Part shown: positions 39,552 to 52,481 of the stretch, piece after piece
Position numbering within the stretch: position 1 is the stretch's first letter
How the letters are laid out: each line of letters begins with the position of its first letter
NCBI GenBank assembly: GCA_023920165.1
Contig: CP089276.1
Location: 3,844,001 to 3,908,000 of the forward strand
DNA: 64,000 nt
Reading direction: 5' to 3'
Source of the DNA: Curvularia clavata
Lineage: Eukaryota
Translations under genes and position numbers: made by a program
Notes under the pieces: model-generated
Told to the model about the DNA's origin: nothing
Seen by the model: only the letters and a program-made list of their open reading frames with translations
Database searches by the model: none

Positions 39552-41397
39552 ATGTCGAAAGCTGACTATCTTAACGTGCTAAGCATGCCAACTTCTATTA
39601 TTGCCATCACCACTCTTTTTACTTCAGCATACCTCCTCTACCAGTGGCTTCTTCCAAAACCCATTCCAGGAATCCCATACAATGAAGAAGCCGCAAGATC
39701 GATCTTTGGCGATATCACTTCGCTCCGCAACTATCTAAAAGGTAGCAAAGTCATAACGGACTGGATGCTCTCACATAACAAACGGCATGATTCGCCCATC
39801 GTACAAGTATTCGCAAACTTGTTCGGTACACCATGGGTTATCATTAGTGACTCTTTTGAAGCACAGGTATAAAGGACGGTCAACAATAAGATTTCAATAA
39901 GCTTTACTTACCCATAAGCAAGGACATCGTCATGCGCCGTACCAAGGAGTTCGACAAACCCGACGACCTCAGTGATATGTTCTACTCAATCGCACCAGAC
40001 CATCATACAGTCCAGCCGACGAATGACCAGTGGCGAGCACAGCGTAAACTCATTCAAGATCTCATATCGTCTGCGTTCTTGAATAGTGTTGCTGCACAAC
40101 AGTTGCACACCAATTTTAGCGACTTGATCACGTTGTGGTCGGAAAAGATGCGACTCAGTGAAGGGCGTGCGTTCAATGTTAAAGCAGACGTTTACAATAC
40201 CGCTCTTGAGGCTATCTGGGCTTGTTTATTTGGACTTGAAGGCCAGCAGACAGTGACACGCGAACAAATTGAGATGCTTTCCCAACTCAAAAACGTCACT
40301 CTACCTTCTTCCAAGAACAAAGAAGCTGTCTTTGACGGGGCTACTGTACCGCCAGCTTTTGATGCTATTTTTGAACTGGCGGAAAGCTTGGAAAATGTTG
40401 TCAAGTCACCGTTGCCGCGAATGACGGGCCTGTATATGCGATACATCGATTCAGGTACCAGACGCAAAATCAAACTCAAAGACGATGTCATCCATGAGCA
40501 GATTACCAAAGCAGAAAAGAGAATGGAAATATCTGAGAGCAAAGACAAAATTCATGCTGCCGTGGATCACATGCTTCGACGCGAGAAAATGGTTGCTGAG
40601 AAACAAAATCGCAACCCAGATTACCATTCGAAGTACATGAGTGCAGAGGTATACTAGATTCACTCTCCTCGATATGGATTTATTATCTAACACGTCAATA
40701 GCTCTTTGGTCTTCTTATCGCCGGCCACGATACGACCTCCACTACACTTCTCTGGGCCCTCAAATTTCTCGCGCATCATGACTCCATTCAGACCCGCCTC
40801 CGCACCAACCTCCAAACCTCATTCTCTCAGGCTAGATCCGAATCTCGTCTTCCCTCTGCCCACGAAATCGCCACCTCTAATATTCCATACATGGACGCTT
40901 GCATCGAAGAAATCCTACGTCATTCCAAAACCGGCCTTCTAATATCACGAACTGCAACCACCGACGCTATGATTTTAGGGCACATAGTTCCTAAGGGCAC
41001 TCGTGTATATATGATGCTCAACGGCCCCGGAGTTCTCGAACCTGCTTACAAGATCCCTGATACTCTCCGCAGCCCATCGTTTCATGCAACCAATGGCGGC
41101 AAAACTAGTGACTGGGACGCTAGGGATGTCAAAGTGTTCAACCCAGAGCGCTGGTTAGTAGGTAGTGGAAATGGAAAAGTGTTCAATGCGCAGGCTGGAC
41201 CGCAAATGGCGTTTGGCGGGGGGAAGAGAGGATGCTTTGGGAAGAGGCTCGCCTATCTTGAGTTGAAAACAGTGATTGCGTTAATTGTGTGGAGTTTTGT
41301 GCTGGAGAAAGTACCAGAACAGTATGCAGGATGGGAGGCGATGGACCAATTGACACATCAGCCTGTCGATTGTTATGTAAAGTTGAGGAAGGTTTGA
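39552..41397 (+). CDS. Cytochrome P450 monooxygenase; introns ~39867-39917 and ~40649-40701
   Basis: N-terminal anchor plus LPKPIPGIPYN, I-helix AGHDTT, EEILR, PERW and heme motif FGGGKRGCFG. Confidence 0.92.
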
Positions 41398-41582
41398 TCG
41401 TAAAGTCGAGGGTTTGTGATTTAATTGTTGGATAACGTACCAACTATTACATTTTGAGCATCATGTTAGCAAGCATAATATCACACTATTGCTTTATCCG
41501 CGAAAACTAACCCTGAGAGCTCTTGACATCGAAGTCTGATACTACTTCCACTTAAGACCCTTACTCTTAACACGAGGTTTCA

Positions 41583-41600
41583 GCTAGCGCGGCGAAACTT
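41583..41600 (-). repeat. Right copy of the 18-bp perfect inverted repeat (partner at 35891-35908)
   Basis: GCTAGCGCGGCGAAACTT seen directly. Confidence 0.85.
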
Positions 41601-41635
41601 TTGTCTCAGTACTGTATCAAAGAAGATTATTACAA

Positions 41636-43244
41636 TTACAACTTTGGGCCAACGCCCTTCACGCCATGTACATCATCATACTTGACCTTGCCTACCTCAG
41701 CAAGTTGCCCGTCACTATTCTCAGGTACCCAGCCAACAATCAAGTCCTCAACAACATTGATCTCGTCTTGACCCCACACTAATCCACCAACAGGCTCAAA
41801 CTCTTCTCCACTCTGCTGCTGTCTCAGCACACGGTAAGTTGGCACACCACAGAGGCCCATCTCTTTTGCCTCAGCCGTAAGAGCTCGCAATTTTGCTTTG
41901 ATGGCAGGGGCATTGGCGCGCGCAATGAGGTCGGCGCCGTCATACCCTGCTTCATCTAGGACAGATTGGAGGACAGAGTCGTCTGCGACATTCTTGTTTT
42001 GTTCCCAACATGCTGAAACTTTACACAGTTAGCTTATGCAACTGTACGTGTCCGCCCCTTTTTGAAAGTAAGAAGTCAAAAAGAAGAACGAGAGAAGACT
42101 TACATAATACCTTGGTCGTTGCCGGTTCCACAATCCCGACCCTCAGCACTGTTGGCGTCCGTATCGGGAACACATCAGCCCAGTGGAACTTGATCTGACC
42201 ATCTTTCCCTTTCTCACTCTGTCCTTCCTGGACATCAACTGCATTCCACCATCTCGTCCAGTCTGCATGATCACGCCTCGACCATGTCGCCTTCGCTGGA
42301 CTCACCGCTAGCATAGGCATATTCGGAGCTCCAATCTCGCGAAACAAGATACCCAGCAAGAAAGGCTTCAGCACAATCTCCAGGCCAGGTCCGAACGTCC
42401 GTTGTAATCGAGGAAGTTGGGTATAACCCAGGAAAGCCCAGGGGGACGAGAAGTCGAACCAGAATTCCAGTTTGACAGTAGGGCTGTTAGAAGATGGAAG
42501 GATGTTCGAGTGTACGCAACGAGGAAGCAGAGAACGCAGATTAGGCACGCGCGCCCAAGGATCCGAAGGACCTGAAGTCGACTTCGACGAGAGACCAAGC
42601 AATGTTGCCTCCACAAAATGCATGCGATCCTGACCCCAAAAGAACCTTCCTTTTTCTCTCTTTCCATCTTTCTCCACATCGATAGCATCCGGGATCCAGA
42701 ACCCAGGTACCCCAAACGCACCTCGTTCAATGGCCTCGGCCGTCGCCCGCTCCAACTCCCCTCTCGCCTCAACATTCCCAAAACAAGATGCGTCAAGCCC
42801 TTCCACTCCGCTCTCTTTCGCTATCTGCAAAAGCACAGCGTCATTGCTGACGTCTCGGCCTTCAACCCAGTACGCGCGAAACAAGGCATCCGTCAACGTC
42901 CTTCTTTTTTCCTGATCAGCAACACAGTACAGCATGCGCAGTGCGTTCACCGTTTTGCGCGGATGCTGTGGAGGTGGATTGTACGCAATCTGGTACCGGC
43001 GCAGAGTGCGCTGCATGCTTTTGGCTGTAACGGCTTTCTTAGCAGAGTTGAAGACGTCGCTGGCGCTGCCACCGGCGCCCTGCGGTGCGGCTGTCGCGCG
43101 GTAGATAGCGCCGAGCAGCACGGGACGATAGACAAGTGTTGCATTTGTGCGCTGGGCTAGGGCCTGCACGCGTGTTGAGGCGATGTAGGCGAAGGGGCAG
43201 GAGATGTCATAGTTGAAGATTAGGGTAGGGGATTGGGATGCCAT
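41636..43244 (-). CDS. Tandem DSBA-like / kappa-class GST (2-hydroxychromene-2-carboxylate isomerase-like) protein; intron 42019-42103
   Basis: Two thioredoxin-fold units: YDISCPFAY...GAFGVPGF...FWGQDR and FDFSSPWAF...GLCGVPTY...VWGQDE. Confidence 0.85.
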
Positions 43245-45914
43245 GATGAAATCAGGGAAACCGGAGGCAGGCGCTGTAATGGAGAGTCGCGAGATTGAGT
43301 GGGACCGAGTAAGAAATCTTAGGTGAGTATAGGCTCATAGTTAACTATGTAATCTTGAATCTCGGTATACGGCGTCTGGACATGTGGGGTAACAACTACA
43401 AATGCAAGCTACAGCCGAGGTCCTTTTGACATGCTCCACAGCTGATCAAACCGGAACACAGCGACCTACATTTAAATATACCTGTAGTTGTCACAGCTGC
43501 TTGTTCATCGTTGTATTCTTACACTTACAACTCTATCTAAAAGTAGCGGCAGTTGTCACAATGTTTGTATTTCTATATTTTCGTATGTATCATTTTACAG
43601 TGGGGGTTCATTAAAAAAGAACGCAAAAAAGTAGTAGTTTTGGAACTAGTATAATAACTCAGCCAATAAAATAGCTAGCGATAAACTACTGTTCTACGAT
43701 TGGCGCTACCAGGAAAACAGGAATCAAATTATGCTATCCTCTTGGACCACTGTTTTTTCTTTTGTAGTGCAGGGCCATACTTGAGCTAAAAAATTCAAGG
43801 GGCATGTGCACACTAGAATGCCTACTGCCCCTACAGACCTTTTGCTTTGGTCGCGGTTATCTATCGCAATTTGAATGCAAAGAATATTTTCCTGGTTCCA
43901 GCGACCTGACTACTGCAATCATGCGGTCGAGAACGCTATGTTGTTGAACCCATCACGCTTTGAAGTAGAGGCAGTGTTTTCCTGGGGTGATCATCAGGCC
44001 ATTATCCATAGTATACTGTGTTTTGCATATGAAATGATGGCTGTGCCGAATTCTTGATGGTTACCGCGGGGTGCCTTGAGATTCATTCATTCTATTCGGA
44101 CCTCCCTCTTACAACTCAAAAGTCTTGTCGTCATCTTATCAGACGAATGACCCATCGCAAGACTCAGTTATCAAGAGAATGCTTTGTCGGCTAAGACGCG
44201 GCGTGAAAGCGGGAAAAGCTATATTGTGGCACGATTGCTACTGGCAAGCCCCAACTTTGGGGCTGGTGGCAAGGCTTGATTTAGCTTAACTCGCTTGTCG
44301 CCAACTCTAATCGATAGGTATAGGATGTAAATGTGGTACAACCATAAATCTGATGCAAAGAGATTGCGTAGAAGAAGCTATAAATAGCAGAGCTGAAACC
44401 GAGTTGCGTATCCCGTGCAACCGATGTCCTCTGTGAGGCATTAAGGTGTACCGATGCTTTGGGAGTAGGGTAGTACAAAAAGGGTATGTAGGTTCCCGCG
44501 TTCTCTTCTTCAGCATCCACTCGGGAGTTACCGCTGTATTATTTAGCCGCCTGTGCAGGACCCATTCTTGTAGATCGAAACCTTATGTACAATTTACCGC
44601 ACTCCGGCAAGTACGTCCGATCCCAAACAGGCTACCTGATCTTGCGGTATTAATATATTTCATCCTGCCACACTTATGCTCGTTCGAGGTACGTCTCCGT
44701 ATTTTGGGTTACTGTACGGGGGACTTGTCTTAGCGGCGCAGCCGGGCCTACGTCGCAACGAGTGGGACCCCCACGCGAATGAATTCTCATCGCTACTTAC
44801 GTGTCTTATTAGATTGACACGAATCATCCCCCTAAATGTCTAGGGCGTGCGGCATAATGGGCTTTTCGGGCTTCGGGGGGATTTCAGCCATGAAATCAGG
44901 AGATTATAGCAGCAAACCAACAGACCAATATAATGAGTATAAGTCACGTGACTCCACAATCGTGGCAGATTCATCGTACATAAACCCTGCAAGAAACCCT
45001 CTAACTCCTCTGACTACGGATTGAAAACATCACAAGTCTCTATTAGGAGGCAATGAGCCCTTAAAGATCGTTGTATTGAACTTAAGTCAGAACTCAATAG
45101 TTAAGCTCAAGCTACCTCGTGACTTCTCTAAGCACGACGAACCATACTCGTGAAGCACCTTGTTCATGGCATCATTACTCATCCATGGAAAACCGCTCAA
45201 GAATCTGACAGTGAATATATAACATTGTACCCAATGAGCAACTTAGCGACTAGTAAAGCTGCTGTATAGTAAATGTTGTGCAGGAGAAAGAAAGCACAGT
45301 AAGAAATTGCTCGTACAACCAAGGATGTGAAGCGCAAAAAGAGTACAGCCTGTCATATGCGACCTATTACAAAGGCGCTGCAGATCCTGTATGGTAAGGC
45401 TAAGTATAGCATGTGAACATATCATCAAGAGGTAATCGGAATTTTGAATCGCATGGTTTACTAGGCTTCTTCAGGTTCGCTATGATGCACATAGGATAAC
45501 AAATCATAGTTATAGTATTTGGCAATATTTTTGTTATTCCTGGCATGTTTTTCCTCCTTATGAAGTTGCCCAAGTCGTCGATTAATGCAGACATGGAGAT
45601 CTATCCATCCTCTTAACTAGTTGCGTCAGATCCGGCTGTCCTAACCATGCTAGCTGAGAGGTTGGATAGGGAAAGCTGATTTTGGAACAGGTAATATAGG
45701 AAACATGAATGTGCATAAATCATTACCAAGGGAGTGTAGCTTTATCACGTTTTGAACAAGAACAAAGAGAAGTACTGATGGATTCGCAGACACAAAAGCT
45801 CAATGGTATTTCCGTAACATCAAGATCGGCTGCATAAGTTGAGCACCGTCTCTGTGCCAGCCGATCTAGACATCTTGAAATATCATGCCTATATACTTAA
45901 CTTGATCTAAATGC

Positions 45915-47403
45915 CTAGTTCAAAGTCTTAAGTAGCTGAGGGAGCATGATCTCTTCAGTAAAACCCCAAGTTGCAGCTGAGCTCTCTGATTCCCATGCTG
46001 CACCCGTCCAGTACGTGTTGTACTGACCCTGCATAGAATTCATGTCTTTGTAGAAGCCGTTTGCCACAGCATCGCGAGAAGGGTACAAGAAGTAAGGAGA
46101 GTGGTCCAACAACCCGTTGATGGTGGGCTTCTCGCCTGGAGGCGATGTTGCGTTCATCGCCTTTTGAACAAATTCAGCCCTGCTTTGCAGGCTACTGGCC
46201 GCTTCTTCGCGAGTGATTTCCTTTGCACTGCTCCACCAGAAAGCGCGTGCTTCGACGTCTTTGATACCAGACTGGGAAATGCCAAGCGTTTCTGGCAAAG
46301 GTGGGATGCCTCCTTCAGCCGAGGGGTCTACAAGTTCGTAGCCGGTATCCAGAGGCAGCCCGGTGCCGTTGAGAATGCACGTCCAAGTGTGAATGTTGGA
46401 AAACTCCTTAGTTATCTTGATTTCGTTGGGTCGCAGATCGAGGAACCGTGCCAAGTCGACGTAGCGAGGCCTGATTGCTATGACCAACTTCTTAGCGTGA
46501 ATGGTCTGGGTGCCGCAAGGTCTTTCAATGACGGCAGTGACGCCGTTTCCAGTTCGAGTAATCTTCTTGATGTTGCTTTCGAGGAATACATTTTTCGCTC
46601 CCCCAAGTTTGTTGTACGCTGTATTGTAGATGATCTGATTTCCTCGGTTGGAAGTGTAAAGGCGATCGGTGGTGAACTCAAGGGTGCTGTAGTACTTCAT
46701 GATGTGCAGCGTCAATAACTCCAGCGCATTTCCTGCCTGTACATAAAACACATCGTATGCCATTGCGGTCGCGTTGTATTTCTTGAGCCACTCGCCCCAG
46801 GGCAGTAAGAGATCCTCGGGAACGGGATCCGGGAGAAAAAAGCCAGGAGTCGAGAATAGATTTCCATACGACTGCATTTGCTTGAGGTAAATCTCATTAG
46901 CTGCAGTGGCATTTCCTGGCGCAGGAGCAGAGAGTACTGCACCCGTTTTGTAATCCAGGTACTTTGTTGAGCCCTTAGGGAAGTATCCTTCATAAGGACC
47001 ATATTCGACCCCAAGCTGGTGGAAGTAGTTTCTCGCAACCGAAGTGTTGGTATAAAGAATAACACCGTAGTCTGTTGTTTGATTGGTTTGGGGGTCAATA
47101 TACGTCGCGACGTTGCCGCCCAATCGAGCCTCTCTCTCGATCACAGCTACTGACTTTCCGCGTGCTGCTAGTTGAACCGAGGCATAGCTAATAATACAGT
47201 TAGTATTTTTGGTATACACAAAAGCATGTTTCTTGTACTTACGTTCCCCCAGAACCTCCACCTACAACAATAACATCGCGCTCGACAACAGAAGGACAAC
47301 TGCCATCCGAGTTCGAGGACGCTCCAACATAGGCATTGATTGGCTGTAGTAAGACGGACGAAGCCAACAACGCCGAGGCTGTAGCTGAGGCAAACGAGTG
47401 CAT
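45915..47403 (-). CDS. Secreted flavin-containing amine-oxidase-like oxidoreductase (CpaO-like); one intron ~47189-47242
   Basis: Signal peptide, DVIVVGGGSGGT/YASVQL, IEREARLGG, QGQYNTYWTGAAW. Confidence 0.8.
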
Positions 47404-48393
47404 GTTGAAGACTCCCAGAAGGTTGAAGGCAGTGAAGCTAGAGAGTTGACTAGTAAAGTTCACAAGCGTTGTAGCCGCAGTAAGAAATGCTCAAAAACGA
47501 GCGGCTTAAAAGCTGCTACAATGAACCTCTTGAGGCTGAGTCCATGTTGTTCCGATCTCACATTGACACCAAAACAAAGTTTCGTTTCGATTTCCCCTCA
47601 GCCATTCTGAATAGCCATCCGTAGTCGATTGGGATCTTCTCGGGAACGGTGGTTCGACTCCACACAACGGCCCGATTGCAAAGCCCCCTATACAGTAGTG
47701 TTACAATTCCCGGCTACGTTGCCGGGACATTGCCGAAGACAACAAGGCTGGGATAAAAAGCCGGGTTTTTAGACCGGGTTCCCATATATGGCCCGCTTTA
47801 CATACGTTTGAGACCGTCTGTTTGAAAAAGGTGATTCGGAGAAACAATGCATGACTAGGCAAGACTATGGACATCGATCTTAGCTGAGGGATATATTATA
47901 AGTTTGTATCTGGGTGGTGCAGAGGTGTCATTCAGGGGTCTCCTGCTGAGGGAATTGCTCAGGATGATGCTGAAGAAGTCATCGAGTTGGATATTGGTTA
48001 TTCGACGTAGCCTCAAGAAATCGCACTGCATCACCCGTCTAGAAATTCGCGCTTTCTAATTCATTTTATGTAACAAATCTACGCATTGATTACCAGGATA
48101 CACAAATCGACAGAATATAGTGTACCAAAGCGTGCATACGCAAATGCAAGCGCTGTATCTATAGATGAAATCAATAAATACAGGTATTGGCATAACTTCT
48201 GATTTATACAGAGATTTATTCAATCCGTCCTCGTAATAAGGTAACTCAAGGAAATATTCATAAGCCAGAATGGCATCGGATATTTGCCAAGCTAGGATAA
48301 ACACTAATTACACAGAACGGGGAGTGATCTAGTCCGTCGATGCATCATCGCGATCGCACACGCTGCAACAGAGATGTCAAGAAAAAGCTTATT

Positions 48394-49509
48394 TCAACTT
48401 TTCTCAATTTCGCCTACGCAGCGGTCGAGGTCTTCTCGAATCGCACGAACAATTTGGCGGCCCCAAGGCAATTCTTTACCAGAAAGAGACGCACCAGGGC
48501 TGGAGAAACGAACTTCAAACGCTCGAACTACGTTGCCTGCCTTTTCGAGTTCTCTGAAAAGCACTGCTCGATGCAGTATTGTTGAGTCATCATCGTCGAG
48601 ATCGAGGGCGCCAAAACGCATCTTCATTGCCTTTAGGTCCACCTTCTCCGAATTGTACCTTTTGGTAACCACGACACTGTACCAAAATACAATTTTGGAC
48701 AGTATTGTCAAATGAAGCAGTGCTATGTGCGAGCTCTCTGCATAGTGACATTCGAGAAGCTGCATCAACTCGTTCAGTGCAGCTTTGTTGGTGGCTAGCA
48801 CCGTGTCCAAGGAATGGACTGGGTGCGCTGAAGCTTGTGAAGTGGAGTCGATTGCCCACTTTGGTGACGTTCCAAGGGAATTGTCCTTCCATTCTGATGT
48901 GCAGAGTTTTGGGCGGTACAACAGTGATCTCAGGACGGCAAGAGCTCGTGATTCGCATTCCACGGCATGCTCGGTGTTGTTCTTTGATTGCTCGACACCG
49001 CAATAGTTGAACATATCAGCATTTACTGTACCCTCCCCGTCTGTCATATTTTGGTCCAATAACGATGTGTTGGTATGGAGAATCGGATGTGTATCACTTT
49101 GAGACATACTATCTGAGTTTCCGAAATTGGACCATAGTATGAAGTTGGACATATCCAGCTCGGAATCGGAAGGACACCGGTTGCTAGCGTTCTCGGAAAA
49201 CGGACCTAGGTTGAGGGTGTCCCATGAGAGCAATTCAACAGACTGTTGCGTGATGCATGGTTCTGAAGCAGCTTTCGATGGTTGTGAAGGGATGACTTCA
49301 GGCTCGCTTGCGATGGACGAAGGCGTCGGCTGCTGAATGGTTGCTCGAGAACGTCTTGGCCGTCTGCCATGTCTTCGAGAAGGACTGTACTGACAATATT
49401 CTTCGTTATCCAGACACCTTTGGCATGCTGGGTGACCTTTGTCGCATTTGACCTTGGCCGTCGTGCAGCTGTCACAAGCTTGGCGAAGTTGTAGCTGATC
49501 AAAGCCCAT
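48394..49509 (-). CDS. AflR-like Zn(II)2Cys6 pathway-specific transcription factor
   Basis: CDSCTTAKVKCDKGHPACQRCLDNEEYCQY cluster and AflR-type C-terminal region (LDTVLATNK...LLEC...LSKIVFWY). Confidence 0.9.
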   Translation of the reverse strand: MGFDQLQLRQACDSCTTAKVKCDKGHPACQRCLDNEEYCQYSPSRRHGRRPRRSRATIQQPTPSSIASEPEVIPSQPSKAASEPCITQQSVELLSWDTLNLGPFSENASNRCPSDSELDMSNFILWSNFGNSDSMSQSDTHPILHTNTSLLDQNMTDGEGTVNADMFNYCGVEQSKNNTEHAVECESRALAVLRSLLYRPKLCTSEWKDNSLGTSPKWAIDSTSQASAHPVHSLDTVLATNKAALNELMQLLECHYAESSHIALLHLTILSKIVFWYSVVVTKRYNSEKVDLKAMKMRFGALDLDDDDSTILHRAVLFRELEKAGNVVRAFEVRFSSPGASLSGKELPWGRQIVRAIREDLDRCVGEIEKS

Positions 49510-50928
49510 AGTTGTTGTCTTTAGGGCTGTAAGGCGATTTGCGATAGTAAGAATGATGCAATTGAGTTTTGTTTAAAGTTTCTGCTATTGTGATGTAGAG
49601 ATATATACCGTTTGTTGGAACATGTCCATGACAAGACTAACCCTTGACCTTCGGCGCAATATTGCAGATTGCTCGACTGCAACTCCTTGGACAATCATAC
49701 CTAGGAGAACGAAATCGTATTAGCATTAGGAAGATTGGCCATAAGGCCCTTCTCTCAGACAGATCGAGGTAGCGCGTCCGGTACACATAGTAGATCAAGT
49801 CTAATACTAATAGACAGGGTACTGGCGAGGATTATCACACCATGTCTCGGGGTAGTCGCGTTCCGAACCTTCTTTGACGGCTCTTGCGTAATGCACGGCT
49901 CTCCTTGCAGCTACCGGGAACCTCGGCTACTATTTTGCTTAGTTTGCTCTATCGATCGTGGTTCTTTGCCACTCCTTCCTTGGCTGGTAAAGTCTTGTTT
50001 AAGAAGCATTCTGCTAAGTACTTTTACTAAGTATTCGCACCATCTGTATAGATGGGAAGCTTTCGGAGTTTAATTACACAAGCAAGGAAATATTCCGACA
50101 TTAGCATTACAGATTTGAGTAGGTGTAAGCAATCCCGCGCTGCTTTCTCCCACACATCATGATTGAATACGCTTGGTTGAAACGAATGTATTGTCATGCA
50201 ACTCGGCCAATTGCTCGCCGATTGCTTAGAATGTACATACATTTGTACCTACCGGTAGCCTAGTGACCAGTATGCATAATAACGAACTAACAATGTGAGT
50301 CGCTGGCACCGCGTAACCGATTCAAGAAATCGCGAAATTACTATGGAATAACACGTTGCGGGCTTATATGGTTGTAGGCTTCTCTCACTTGCTCTCACTG
50401 CATGCGGCTAAATGACGTGGAGCCCCAACTTACAGCCGCACACGGCCCCCCATGTGCAGTCCAGCACTGGCAACTACTATACCCGAATGTGAGGAGCACT
50501 ACCCTTAGTGCATTATGCACGTTGCTAGTTGGGTAGCAGGGTTAGTAAGTAGCTAAGTATCCACTAAAAACAGTGCGCTAGCAAAACATTATGTACACTA
50601 CTCATGCAACACGGGCGCCCGAAGCTTGTCAAGGCTTATCAATGCTTACGACGACTTACAAAATAAGTGAACCGATGCTAGAATGCAGGAGTAACGAGTC
50701 AGGCAGGTTTTACTACCGAAGGTATCCACTAATACCCACAAAACAAAAGCGGGTAGATCTATCTACAAGCAGTAACGATGTACACGTTGATATGATGTTG
50801 TTTCAGTCTCATCGAACGACAACCCCAACAATCATATTCTTTGATCGTTGTTATGTGGGGGTTAATATATCTCAGTACTCTATAGAACCCAGGGAGATAA
50901 CTTTTGCCAGCTTGACTGCTCGTCCTGG

Positions 50929-51873
50929 TTAGACCCATTCATGAGCTAGTATGTACTCTTTTAGAGTCGTTCGAGGCACGTCCGAAAATTTCCCAGTATC
51001 GGCAGGCTCAATGTTATAACATCCTTCCTCTAGAAACACTGCGTAAACCAACCCCACAATGTTTTTAAACCTCTTGTGCAGCTCCCCATTCCTGATCGCA
51101 TCTTCTCTCGCCTGCTTGATCATCTGCTTACAAGTTGCGACATCCATAATATGATTGATGTGACACTTGCTTCCTCGCAACTGCTCATACGTCTCCTTCA
51201 AATCTAAGATTGAAAAAACGTCTGAACAAAATCGGAAGTAGCCACCCTTTTCAGCACCGTCACTCGTCGTGAGAGCAACAGTGAACTCTGCCACGTCTTC
51301 TTCCGTGCTAAAGGGTGTTGGCGTCTTGCCTGCTCCAATCAAGTTGACCACTCTCTCTCCGCCTTCCTTCCGTACCCACAAGCTTGCGTCGCCTTCAAGC
51401 GACCCGGCGCCGGGAACTCCAAAAAGGGTCTTAGCCAAAACACCACAAAATGTATAGAGAGGCTTGATAGGGCTAGTGAGGAGGGCTTGTCGAGCGAAAC
51501 ATATCATTGCATCGTAGCTCTCGATCACTCCAAGGGGCATGTGCTCCCAATCGGTGTTCCAACTCACAGCATGAAATCGCTTGATTCCCGCACGCTCTGC
51601 AGCTCGCAAAAGCAACAGTTGAGCGTCTAGCACAAGTCGAGGCTCTTCGTTCCAAGCAACAATGATAGCGTCCACACCGGCACACGCTCTGTCAAAAGCA
51701 ACACTGTCGCTGAAGTCGGTCATCTCGATGAAGCTTTCCAACTGATCGCGAAGATCTTGGGGGATTTTTTCGGCGTTTCGTCCCAAGGCTCGGACGCGAT
51801 GTCCGCGCTGGATTGCTGAACGGGCGATGTATAGGCCTAGCCTGCCTGTCGCGCCGGGAATGAGAATGAGCAT
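50929..51873 (-). CDS. NmrA-like NAD(P)-binding protein
   Basis: ILIPGATGRLG Rossmann start, AAERAGIKRF, intact 314-aa ORF. Confidence 0.82.
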   Translation of the reverse strand: MLILIPGATGRLGLYIARSAIQRGHRVRALGRNAEKIPQDLRDQLESFIEMTDFSDSVAFDRACAGVDAIIVAWNEEPRLVLDAQLLLLRAAERAGIKRFHAVSWNTDWEHMPLGVIESYDAMICFARQALLTSPIKPLYTFCGVLAKTLFGVPGAGSLEGDASLWVRKEGGERVVNLIGAGKTPTPFSTEEDVAEFTVALTTSDGAEKGGYFRFCSDVFSILDLKETYEQLRGSKCHINHIMDVATCKQMIKQAREDAIRNGELHKRFKNIVGLVYAVFLEEGCYNIEPADTGKFSDVPRTTLKEYILAHEWV

Positions 51874-52481
51874 ACTGCTAGAGTTTTCAAGTCTTATCTA
51901 TTCTTGTATTCTAGAATTTCTTATCGTGGTGTGCAACGAAAAAATCAAGAAAAAGATTGTGAAATGAAGATTGTGTTTGAGGTTGTTCGAGTGTAAGATG
52001 TAGTAGCTTTTTTCAGTGGACATTTAAGCAATCTTAAGATACATTTGTAGCATGATCTTGGCTCTCCAACTGATTCGAATTCATCTTATCTCTAGTATGA
52101 ATTGAATGGGTCTTGTAGAACCAGATGATCAGCAAAAGAACTATGCATATTGGTCCCCGAGGCTATCTACCCCGCGATCCCCGAACAAGCCCGCTTGAAA
52201 AACATCATATCCGAAATCACGAATAATATCGAAGTTTTAAACGTCACGATCAGTGTAATTTCAGCCCATTGGGAACTTAAAGCCGGTGTTGCGTCGGGAA
52301 CTGCTTTTTGTCAGTTCATTATCCGGAAAGCATTACGGCTACATCGTGGACAGCCAAAATAGCGAGGAATGCAGAATACTTCAAAGCCTAAAAGAGGCGA
52401 AGGAAGCAACGTAGCATCAGTGCATTCTGTCATCGCTGAGCCTGCTGAACTAAGATATACTACTAGATTGACACTTTCGGA

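Noticed and set aside
45243..45594. Short minus-strand ORFs as a possible gene remnant
   Set aside because: No recognisable motif or splice structure
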